A stretch of 64,000 nucleotides of DNA from Daphnia carinata. Lineage: Eukaryota. Below, piece by piece: positions 52,701-64,000 of the stretch. The stretch lies in NCBI RefSeq assembly GCF_022539665.2, contig NC_081331.1, forward strand, positions 11,656,001-11,720,000, given 5' to 3'. How positions within the stretch are numbered: the stretch's first letter is position 1; each line of letters begins with the position of its first letter. A program made the translations under genes and the position numbers. The notes beneath the pieces are model-generated. The model did not search any database. It worked only from the letters and a program-made list of their open reading frames with translations, and was not told where the DNA came from.

Positions 52701-55700
52701 GTCATCCACCATCCCGCGTGCAGCCACTTTTCGCTCTATTTATTTGTAAAGAACCATTTTTTTTTTTTTACCCGTTATAATTCCGTTGGAAGGAAAAAGA
52801 GAAAGTGTCAGCGTGAATTCGTGCGAGCCGCCGAAATTCTCACGTCTTGTAATCGGCACATCGCACGGAATTATATACATTGATGTCAAATAACCGAAAA
52901 AGAAAACGGCTGTTGGGTTTCTCGGCTGCGTGAACAATGTTGTCATATATTTTTTTTTTCCTTCTAAGTCGAACGATATCGGCATTACATGATTTTCTGG
53001 AACTGAGATTGCAATCCGATGCGCACCGACGCTTGTCTAGGCCGTCCTAGTTTCTTTCTTTTCTTCAAACAAACGGGAAATTATCCGGAAAATAAATTTA
53101 GTTAAGGTTTTAAAAAATGGCAGTATTGATGTAGCAAATTGATAGTATAAGAATGAAAAGATGAATGCAGATAAAATGTAGGTTGTATTCATAGTGGGCG
53201 GGGTGGTCCGGTGCACACGGGCTTACTGCATCCCAATGCGAAAGATGATGACGTCAGCTATAAGACTTGTTGTTCATCATTTCCTGTACATGTTCGTCTC
53301 CATTGGCGATTATCAATTTCAAAAAAGTGAACGAAGATGTGTAACGTCCGTGACATGTTTTCTCATTTCTTTTATTCCGTCTTCATCATCGATGATAAAT
53401 GTACCGACTTTTGCGTTTTCCTTTTTTTCCCCCCTTTTTCCGGTGCTCAACATAATAAAATAGCCAAGAAAAAAAGAAAAAGATTTCCATATTTTTTGTT
53501 GTGTGTGTGTGTGTGGCTGTGTTGCCCGGACGAAGATACTCACAGCTGGTAAATGGGTTCGGCTTCAGGTCGATTCCGTCATAACTTCAACAAATACCAA
53601 TCCTTTTTTTTTCTTTTATATGCTGATTTTTAAACAATGCCAAAGGCAATGACTCAAAAAAAAAAAAAAAAAAAGAAAAAAAAACTCTTCGTTTTTTCTC
53701 TCAGAAAGAGATCAAAACATCAATACGAGACAAATTGAAATAGTGAATGGCGATGGCGACATAGTTTGTTATACAACATTTGTCACAGGCTCTGAAAAGG
53801 TCAACACATATCGATAAGGTCATCGACAGTTTTAATCTCGTTTCTTCTTTCAAACACCGGATGGAGCGTGTTGTTGCTAATTATAGAAACATCTCTTTGT
53901 CTTGCCATTCTTTCTGGCCAATGTTAAAAAAAATAGTTTGTCTCAAAATCTTTTGGATAGGAAAAACGGATATCGGCACCTTTTGTTTCTTCCCAGATCC
54001 GGAATGCGGATTGCTCTATAAGAATAAAAACAGGAGACCAGCTGCTTACGTAGCTCATTAGTAAATGTGTTTTGTTGGCTTTACATCTTTCGGATAGCTA
54101 CCGACTAAATTATATCTATTTTGTGTTAATAGCAACAATGTTACTAGTCTATTAGCTTCCCCCCTTTATTTTTTCAATTGTCGGCTTTTGTTTTTAGATG
54201 GAAGCGGGGGACTCATGTAAAAATAAAAGTACACCAACCATTTTTCTTTTGGGGGTTGTTGATGTTGAGCGGCTCATTTTCGGTTTCTTGGTGCAGCCGT
54301 TTTTTGCCGGCATTTGACCCTATCTCTACGTCCCGCTGTTAGCTCAACCTACATAGACGTACACACGTCAAGTTGAAAAGGGAAAAGTTTGTACCTATTT
54401 TTTTTTTATAAAAAAAAGAAAGGTCTGTTCGGCTAAATGAACAAAATTGTGTGAGGGGGGAGTATCAATTAGTCACACTTTTTGTCTGCCCCCCTACTTT
54501 GAAAGAAAAGATGTGGCCCAGTTATAAAGCATGATTTTAATTTGGAACCCCAAAAACGAACCTTTTCTGTTCATTAAAACCTTTAGACAACGAAACGTTA
54601 ATTACGCCGCTAAAGAGACATGATTCGTTTTCAGACTCAATGGGGCAATGGATTCAAAAGAAAAACAATGGCCGATGAACAATGTTTTGGCAGTGAAAAC
54701 AGAATTCAAGTTCACCTGGAGACGTACGGTGAACGGCTTTATTTGATCGATGATGTCAACCCCGTTGTAATATCGCCTGTGTTCGAACTACATATAGCAC
54801 CGTTAGTCGATCATTGTTGGCCTCCATCGGTTATACACACACACATATGCCAGATGATGTGTGTACGTTCAATGTTGCACAAGTAATACACGTATATGTA
54901 TATGGTGCGTGAACTAATGTTTACTTGTACACACACGAGAAAAATTACACAGTCAAATGGCCAAAGAAGTATTTGGCGTGTTATTTCACTCGAGATCGAT
55001 CCCTTGGCCGGTTATAAATGTTCTGCTTTTCACTATGTAATCTTTTGTAGTGGAATAGAGAAATTTTTGTGTGTGTATCGTATCCCCAGATACGTTGAAT
55101 GTAATGAGAGGATTGCCAAATAGTTATACAAGAAGAACAGATCTGCATAAAATGCGGATGAAATCGTGAAAGACGTAAATCAGGTGCAGCCTTGGTTCTT
55201 TCTAAAACATTGTTGTGTTTAACAACGTATTCACGCGTATCGTGTCAAACACATTTCTAGCCCGAAAATAGTGTAGACATAGGAATAAGAAAGGGGGGGG
55301 GGGGGATCGAACAACTGTTCACAAGCGTTGCCCAGCAATTTAAAGACCGAAAAAATATTTGCATATTAAATATTGTTGTTGTTCAACACGAGCTACCTCG
55401 TACAACAAGCAAATGTCTCCAACTCACGATTTTTGTTTTTTTCCCTTCAGCTTTTGATATAAAGGTCTTATTGATTTGTTGGGCTCTTTTATTTGATCGT
55501 GGTTCCCCGTTTTGATGATTTCATCGCCAATTTGTTAAACTATTTTTTTCCTTTTCCACGGGAGGAGAGCGTGAGTCACGTCATAAAGCTTCGATGTAGA
55601 CTAGTGGCTCCAACGGTTTAATGGAAAACAAAAAACTGTGTCTTTTACGCAGAACAAATCGAAAGTAATCCGATGACGTACGGTCACGCCACATCGGCTA

Positions 55701-58700
55701 TTAAACCAAACTCAATCTATTAGGCTACTTTAAATGTTATAACATGTTTACAATCTGATTAAATGCTGTAATTTTTTAATGAATTCGACCTAATCCTATA
55801 CGAAGCAAAAACTCAATTCTTTTTTATTGGAACTTTTTATGTTAAAAACCCTGCAAAATCTTTCGCCTGTTATTCTTCACCTCCCAAAAGGCCTCGGGTC
55901 TTTTCAAAATAATAGTTTGAACTCGACTTACTTGGCCCCACTTTCTCTAAGTTCCATTTCTCCAATCACCTTTTTCATTCAAACCGCATCTATACCCTCC
56001 TGCGTCTATACTTTCCCTTTGGCGTGATTGTTTTTATATACTATATGGCACGAGACACCTAGAGTTCAAATGTCGCGTGAAAGAAAAAACAAAAAAAAAA
56101 GAGCCAGCCGCTGGCTTGGCTAATGAAAGGTTCTTTCACGCACATGCATAGAAAACTGGTTCGCGAAATGCGTAGCAGCAAGAGACGACATTCACCAACG
56201 AGTTTCTCTTTTTTTCTTAAGCAATGTTTTTCTATGATATTCGTGATGGGCTAAAGACTATTGAGAAAAACAAAAAATCACGCAATTTTATACCGCACAG
56301 AGGCGTGAGCGTAGACACAATAAGGTGGGCGTATTTTATAACGCCAATAATTTCCAAACTAAAAATGTTTTCGTTCAAAGTGACGAATGTCAATCGTGTG
56401 AATGGGACGACGTAAATGGCCTGCTTTCTTTCGCTTGTCAGGTCAGTTAACAAAAGAAAAACGTGTTGATGTGTGGGGGTGAAAATATGGCAATAAATCT
56501 TGTTCAATACCAATCTCACTGACGAGTCCTTATTGTTCAAAGTTTGAGGGAGTATTCACTAAAAATTCTTTCTGTTTCATCTACAAAAGAAGATGATTGT
56601 TATATTGGGTAAAGGTCAGAAAGTCAAAATAGAGCGATCGATAAATCACGAAATAAAATTGAATGCCGTCCTTGTTCTTGTGCCTCGTTATCCATCGAAA
56701 ACGGTGAACCACGCTGGTTAGAGCTTTATACAAAGGGACGAACTGACGAGTACACGGAACTTTTCCCGAACGGTAAGGGAAAAGCGGAAAATGGAATCAT
56801 GATCAATGAAAAGTGAAGTCAACATTATGGAGCTGGCTCAATCCGACATCAAAGCGTGAATAAAAGAAGAAGCTATCGACTGAGTTTTGCAAAGATATAC
56901 AAGCAAGAAAAAAAGGCTTTTTTTTTGTTTGCGATCACGTCTACCCGATGGTATTGTATACATAGATTTCATATAAGAAAAGACGTTATATGTTACATTC
57001 AGACATTGCATAGTGAGGACATGCTTCTCGTATGTTGCATTGGTGGGTGCCGATATATAGGAAACAAGAGATGAATGAAATGTGATAAAATGTTAAGCCT
57101 CGTTCTCCGTTTAAATGATTGAAACACAAAGTTCTTGCTTTTCTTGTACAAAATCTAATTAATAGTGAATGATATTCATATAGATAAGCTATACTTGACC
57201 TCTTTACATATTCAAATGATGAATTGACATTCAAAAAACAAAAGATTAGACCAAGAAATAAATTTTAAAGTAATCCCAGCTGACGTCGTTTTTATTTTCC
57301 TCTTAGTTTTTTCGATCGTCTTTTGTATTTCGAGTGGCAGCTGCCAAGACGTATGGAAACGAACGGGTTTTTTTTTCTACGTCCTCAAGAGGCAGTTGTT
57401 GAAAGGAAAAATACTTGAAAAATTTTCTCGTTTGCTTCTGCCGGGACTCACTCACGCAAGAGTTCGTTGATGATTTTGTCAGTTCTCGAATGGTAGAGTT
57501 TTGTCCCCCCCCCCCCTTTTTCCAGACGCCCGCGCGTGACACACTTCATGATGGCATATATACCAGGGAATCGATCTCAGACTGAACGACAGCCAATCCG
57601 CTCTTTTATTTCCTAAATTTCTTCAAGGTGAAATAAAAGAAAACAAGCGTCCTTTGATGGAAGAGGCGAAATTGGAGTAGAGCCCTCAGAGACAAAAAGA
57701 GATCTTCTTATTTTGTTTTTATAGAAATACATCAAGGTATTTTTATATATATAAAATGTATTCAGTGCATCGGTAGGAGATGGCCAGAAAAGAAGATCAG
57801 GGAATAGATTCGATTGAAATTTCGCGTTCTTATTTTCGAAGGGAAATCTACCAGTCGGGTAACTAAATTCATTGATGAATTGAAAATCCATTTTTCTCGT
57901 GTCTAATTTATTTAATGGATCAAAAATAGAAGAACAAAAAAACTGATCCTATTAATAAAATGATTGGGGAGAGGTTTCTAAAAAAACATAAAAGCCTTGA
58001 TTTGTTCCTTGATGTAATTTTTTAGTTGTTAAGGTCGTATTACATGGGAATAGGTTAGACGTTTCTTCGGCACGGTTTGATAAGAGTAAATGACCTCATT
58101 CGACACGATTGCAACCCTTTTTTTGTTTTGAGGTTGTAGAGCGTCACTTTACCTATCAACGGTAGCTGCCCCCCACCTGCAAAAGGCTTATCGTTTTTAT
58201 GTTTTGTCACATTTAGCGCTTCTATTCAAGTTTTTTTTCCTATCGACCTTAATTTGTTTCCTTAAAAGAAAAACTGAGTTTTATAGTCCCTTACTTTGTG
58301 TGTTAGCTAGGAGTACGCTATGAAAAGGGTAGATAGTGGTGACTTTGTAATCAAATGTACCGTGTCCATTATTGTTACTGGCCAACACTTACCCTTGATA
58401 ACTCGCCAAATGGAGAAAGAAAGAAGCGAAACGCTTTAACCTTGAAGTAACACCATTTAACTGTATAGCAAGGTCTTTTCGGTTATAACACTTGACCGCA
58501 AGAAAAATACAAAATATGTATGCGGTTTGTGATAACCGCGTTCTTTTTTATGTTTGCCTTAAATTTATGATTATGCATATTTTGTGTTACTTTGTGGCTT
58601 TTGATCGGTTTCGTGAATTTAAAAAGAAAATTGGACTGGGAGGCCACAATGATTGGCTCCCGTTCAAACTGAATCATCGGCACTAAGGGAAGACCTTCGT

Positions 58701-61700
58701 TGGCTCGATCGAGAAATAATTTGATTCTTGTTACGCAATTGATAGTGCGTTTTTAGAAGAGATTATACTATACATATTATAATACACGTATATACGTAAT
58801 AAAAACTACGACATGATTACGACACAGTGGATAGAAAAGTTTTTTGACTTATTTCTGCTGTACGTTGAGACAACGCCGTTTTACTGAACTAATCGAGGTT
58901 TCTATACTTTTATATTGGACAAAGCCGATACGACTTCGCTCTCGTAAAACACAAAAGAAGATGTGTGTGTGTGTGTGTGTGGCTCGTGCATCCTTTGGAT
59001 TGTACTTTATATGATATATCTCACTTGATTGGGGACTCGTGAATAGACGTCATATTTTTTTTTTCTTTCTCCAGAAAACAGATGAATAGAGGGGTAGCGT
59101 GTTCTCTATACTCTGACGTATTTCTTTATAAGAGGGCGAAGACGAAAAGTCCCGACTTCCGTAACGATATTGCCATCAGGTCTAAGCGCCAAGGGCAACT
59201 GGAACTTCGGGCCAGGAGGGTGACTTTTCTCTCACAAAAGGGGAGGAAAACTTTTTTCTTTCTTACCACTTCCCGGCCCAGTTTTTATTATATTTTTTGA
59301 ACCCACTATTTGTCTTGCTGTGGCTCTCCCTTTACCTTTTTTTCTCTCTTATGCTTTATACGCCTACCAAGAGAGGTATATGGTAATGTAACACGAAATG
59401 TTTGAAACCTTTCCTTTTCTTTCGTCCTTGTTCTCTCTCCCCTCCAATTCTGTTTTCTCACCCATTTGAACACTCATTTCCTCTCTCTACTGACGTCTAT
59501 CGTGTGTGTTTGTAATCTGTCTAATATATCTAAGAAAAAAAAATATAGATATATACATATATAAGAAAACAAAGAACTATAGCACGTAGGATCTCCACAA
59601 GTTTCTTTTTTTTAGTTTTGTTGTTGTTATATAGGCCCCCGGAGGCTTTTTCTACACCTTGTTGTATCCAATAAAAAAAACGTGGTAAGATTTTTTTTAT
59701 TTTATTTTATTCTTTTCATTTTTCGAAATACAAAAAAAAAAAAAAGAGTTCCGTGTGCGCGTGTAGTATGTATCCATGTTTGATGTCTAGGCTATTTTGG
59801 TCCATTTTATTTTATAATATTCTTTTTTTCTTTCTTTCGACATGGGTTCAGCAAAGGCCTTCTTTAACGATCGTTCAAACAAAACAAAAATAAATGTTGA
59901 AAATGATTATTACACGTGCAAGACATAGCGCATTGGTGGACCATACGTGAATGTATATACAGTCGTATATGTGATGCTATTCAACCTCTTTTTTTTTTAT
60001 AACGATGTATGAATAAATTTAAGGTGCGACACACAAGGCGGACAGAGGCCCCCAAAAGAGGAGGTGAATCAAAACGAAAAATGTCTCTCCGGGTCACGCT
60101 TCTTCGTTCGTTCTACTTTACCTGTCGTTCTACATGATATCAGAAAAGGACGTGTTAACGATTTTTTTTTTAAAGCAAAAGAATAAAAATAAAACGTCAT
60201 TCGAAAATGGGCAAATTGTGTGAACGAAGAGCGCGCGATTCAAGCTTGTCAAGATCAAACCATAGCTATAGAACGATCCTTTCTATTCGAGCTATTTCTT
60301 TATTAGAGAATTGAACTTTAGAGGAAGATGGAAATGAATGAAATGAATAGACAGAATAAGATCCACCGGAGGGAAAGGATGAGCATTTTAAATGTCCTGC
60401 GGCTCAGAGAGTGGGTGTAACAAACGAATCAGTACAACGCACAAACGTATCAATTTTAAATGCAACTCAGGCTACTAGACTAGTAAAATGTTGGGCTCAG
60501 TGGTAAGTATAACTATACGCTTATTTGTATAGTGGCCCGCCTTCATCTTCTTTTTACGTATCATAAAGGATTTGCTAGATATATAAGAGAAATCCATTTC
60601 ATGTTCACTCTGTCAGTTTCCTCAACTTACCCTTTCTATCTTTTTGTGTCTAGCTCGATGATTTGAACAGAAAGATGTACCTTGCACAATACCTTGTTGA
60701 AAAAAAAAAAAGGGGGAAACTTCAGAGATTTTGCTGGAAGAGGTGTTCACCTCCTGCTACGTTTACTTCTCATAATTCTTTTTTCTTTTCTTCTAAAGAA
60801 GGACCGCACATCCACTGGGCTCGCCACCGTATAACACCTGGCGGACGTCCATGAAAATGTTTTTCTTTCCGTTTTTTTTTTTTACCCTTTTTCTTTTCTT
60901 GTTGAAGAAAAACAAACTAGCACGAGAAAAAGAAGAAGGGCGTTTACTTCACAAGCCTTTATACATTTTCCAAATTTCTACTCGTTTTTTTGACGTTTTT
61001 TTTCTAGGGACAACAACAAGAGTGGAGTGATTATTAATGAACCAGTACGAAGAGGCCTATAGGCAAACGTGAAAGGTATGTTGGCATCAAACATGCGGCA
61101 TAGGCTTCTTTTCTTGGACATCGTGCTGTGAGTGATTGCAGTTGAGGAAGCAAAGGCGACCAGCAGTTTAACGACGTAGCTGAACTTCTCCCATTGATGG
61201 CGAAGGAGAAGAGCCATGAAAGGGGTAAAACGAGACATAATTCACAGGTGAGACCGTGAAATTACGTATTTCTTCTACGAAACATTTTGTAGAGATGTAC
61301 TTTATGAGTTCAGAGTAAAACGAAATAAAATCATATAAATAAATTTGGGATATTAAATTACAGAGCGTGAAAAACCTTTACCTGAGACATTAAATCTGAA
61401 GCGTGATCAAGAATTATTCAAGAAAGTTAAAGAGAAGACTCTACGAATGCACTTTGGTTCGTTTCGTTATTTACAGGTGCGAAACGCGGGTAGATACCCC
61501 GAGGGGGGACGGGAAAGGTTGGATGATGCGCATCTATCGGCTGGCTGGTCATGGAAATCGCACAGCCAGGAGAACAGCAGTGCAGCCAAACAAGTGGCAA
61601 AAAAAAGACCTGCTGTGTTATGTTTACCGTTATCACTATTGGTGAAAAATTCAGCATTTTTTTTTTTTGTCTTCCTTGCAAACAGAAGAAAATGACGCAA

Positions 61701-64000
61701 ATCGGTAGGTGCGCCGACGACTTTCTCGAAAAGAAAAACAGGCAAGAAAGGAAATGGTTGGGGTTGTTTGCATGACGACTGATGAACTTTTGTGTGACCC
61801 GCATCTGCTGGGTTTCGTGTCCTGTATATACGTAATATAGAAAAGAATATGTTTAGTTTTCAAATAGCAGAGCAATAAGCGGTAGCACGGTTAGAAACTT
61901 AAAAAAAAAAATAATAATAATTGCCGCCAATTTGGTCTATTTAGCTCAGGGGGTGCATAGCAGATGTACTGCATAAACCTATGGTAGGCTACTTCTTGCA
62001 ACTCTTTCCAGCCGGAGCAAACACTATGTGTGCGCATTATTATTACTCACCTTTTTTTTTTAATGTACTTTTTTTTTTTTGGGGGGGGGGGGGGGGTTTA
62101 GTGTAGTCTCTTATACAACGGAATGGTTTGCAAAGACGGTGGATAAATAAATGAAGGACTATCTGTATGTACGTAGAGAAATATAAACGAGGTAGAATTT
62201 CTGTTGGTGTGTTTGCCATTATCGGACGGTTTTGATAGCTTTTGGTCGTATCATAAAAGAAACATCATATGATGGTTTCTTCTTCTTTTATTTATATCCT
62301 CATATGCCGGAATAAAAAAGTACATACATTATATAGAGCTGATGTAGAGTAGAGCAAGAAAAAAGCAATTGAGATCACTCCCCAGCGGGGCAACGCCCAA
62401 CGACTCGTAATGATATCGAGGAGGGGATTCACTGCAAAAATAACGGGGGGGGGGGGGGGGTTCCAGCAGCGGCTGTCGCTGACGTAAATGGCTTTTTATG
62501 ATTGACTAATTGCTTTCGCGCTAGCGGATAAACACAGACACTTGTGTGTATATAAAAATACGAGGCGTTGTGGTGGAGAACCTTCCCATCGATAATGAGA
62601 TCTCATTAAAATAGTGAATGGAGGCGGCTTGACTGGCCTTCCGTTTTTTGAAGCAAAGTAGTCGACAGCTGTCCGCCTTTGCGTGTAACTTTGTTTTTTT
62701 TATTCACGCGGCTGAAACGGTAGCTATTACTGGGACGTTTCCCGACGTGAAACTATCAGTTTGTCGTTGATGTTGGGCAAAACCGCTCCTTGATTTATTT
62801 TCTACGCAGCCAAAAAAATGATTTTTGGATTTTGTTGTTCGATATTTCTTGGCCATATTTTTCCAAGATTCAAGTTTGTCTGTTTGTACAAAATGTTTGT
62901 GTATATACCCCCATCGTTTTCTTTTTCTTGGACAAACAATCAAAAACTCGGGGAAGTATGGAGGGTAAGCAAACACGAAAAGAATTTATCGATAAGAAAA
63001 GACAAATGTTTTCGTTACCCATCAAAATGTTTGTTATGACGTTGTCTCGACGGATGAATATTTATGTGATCGCCTTTCCATCAATGGCAATTATTTTTCG
63101 CCAAAACGTACACAGACGAAAAAAAAATGTTTTGTTTGTTGATAGGCTTTTTTAATATTTGGTCTATGAAATTGATTTTGTCTGCGAGGGTGGCCGAATC
63201 CCCATCAGTTGCTCCTTAGTATTTGTGTATAGTCACAAGCATCCCTAAAAAAACTGCGTGTAGTTTGTAAATGTTTTAGACTCCCGAGTTGTCTGCAAAG
63301 AGGTCAAGAGGTGAGTTCTCATCAAAAGGCAGACAACAACAAAAAGGAAGGAAGATGTATAGACTTAGTGCTTTAAAGTTTTATATCACGTAGACTTTGT
63401 GCGCTGTATAACCTCTGGCAGCACCACCTTCACCTGCCATTTGAAGTTTATAAAGCCGAGGGAAAAAAAAGACGATGGGAAAGCCAACTGGTCGCCTGGG
63501 TCAATCGCTGGTATATTATTGTATATACGTACTACTTCATACGTATACCACATCATAAGGCCTATCTCTTACTTGACGGTTGTATCATTGAAAACTCGTG
63601 AGTTGCACTCGCCATATACTACAAACTTCTCTTGTCCTATATTATACGTCCCTGTGAGGGGACTTATACAAGAGGCTCTCTAAAGTATCCTCCCCTTTAA
63701 AAAAAAATAAAAATAAACTCTGGTACAATCCGGCGGAATGTATACATAGCATGTCCTCCAATGATGTCAAGAAGGAATGTAATATATCTTTTGGTGGTTT
63801 GCCTCTATACAATTTATATATACGTACGCCGTTTGTCTTTCCAATAGCTCTTCACTGGATGGTTTCTGTTGTCTCCTGTGCATTTTTAAACCATTTAAAA
63901 CTTTTTCTCTCTTTCTCGCTTGTGTATATACGCTATGCTTAGTATATACACTATACGTTTGGTTTTGTGTCAATGCCGCACGTCATGGAGGGTCCTTTAC

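Noticed and set aside
32304..52844. Su(H)-type sites CGTGGGAA/CGTGAGAA at 32304, 37796 and 52837
   Set aside because: Scattered, unpaired and about the number expected by chance for 8-mers in 64 kb.
60493..60538. GGGCTCAGTGGTAAG followed by an ACTATAC/GTATAGT hairpin, resembling a tRNA A-box
   Set aside because: No T-loop/B-box (GTTCRA) and no cloverleaf.
1..64000. CRISPR arrays, rRNA, prokaryotic operons, intact transposons
   Set aside because: None seen. The window is intron-containing animal DNA without repeat-spacer periodicity or transposase/RT ORFs.

Overview
Eukaryotic (arthropod) genomic DNA. The ~60-70 nt minimal introns and dense poly(A)/(T) runs suggest a Daphnia-like crustacean, but the taxon is an inference. 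Two spliced minus-strand genes were reconstructed by hand from GT-AG boundaries and reading phase. (1) A nephrin / Sticks-and-stones (Sns/Hibris/SYG-2 family) adhesion receptor: signal-peptide exon at 46713-46785, stop at 5920, ~1,349 aa, 9 Ig + 1 FN3 + TM + Tyr-rich tail ending GHLV, first introns 21.6 kb and 9.0 kb. (2) Directly downstream, the 5' part of an NF-kB Dorsal gene (~3000 to beyond position 1). About 47.6-64 kb has no recognisable gene. The most notable structure is a splicing cassette at the nephrin membrane anchor: two homologous tandem transmembrane exons (7864-8034, 7233-7397) that look mutually exclusive, candidate 7-nt and 29-nt microexons that restore frame only together, a stronger alternative donor giving a tail-less receptor, and clustered UGCAUG (Rbfox) elements. 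The dorsal gene reads through its post-IPT donor into a ~437-codon Dorsal-B-type tail that the ORF track missed, and it has three kB sites in its own promoter. All isoform claims are sequence-based predictions without transcript evidence.
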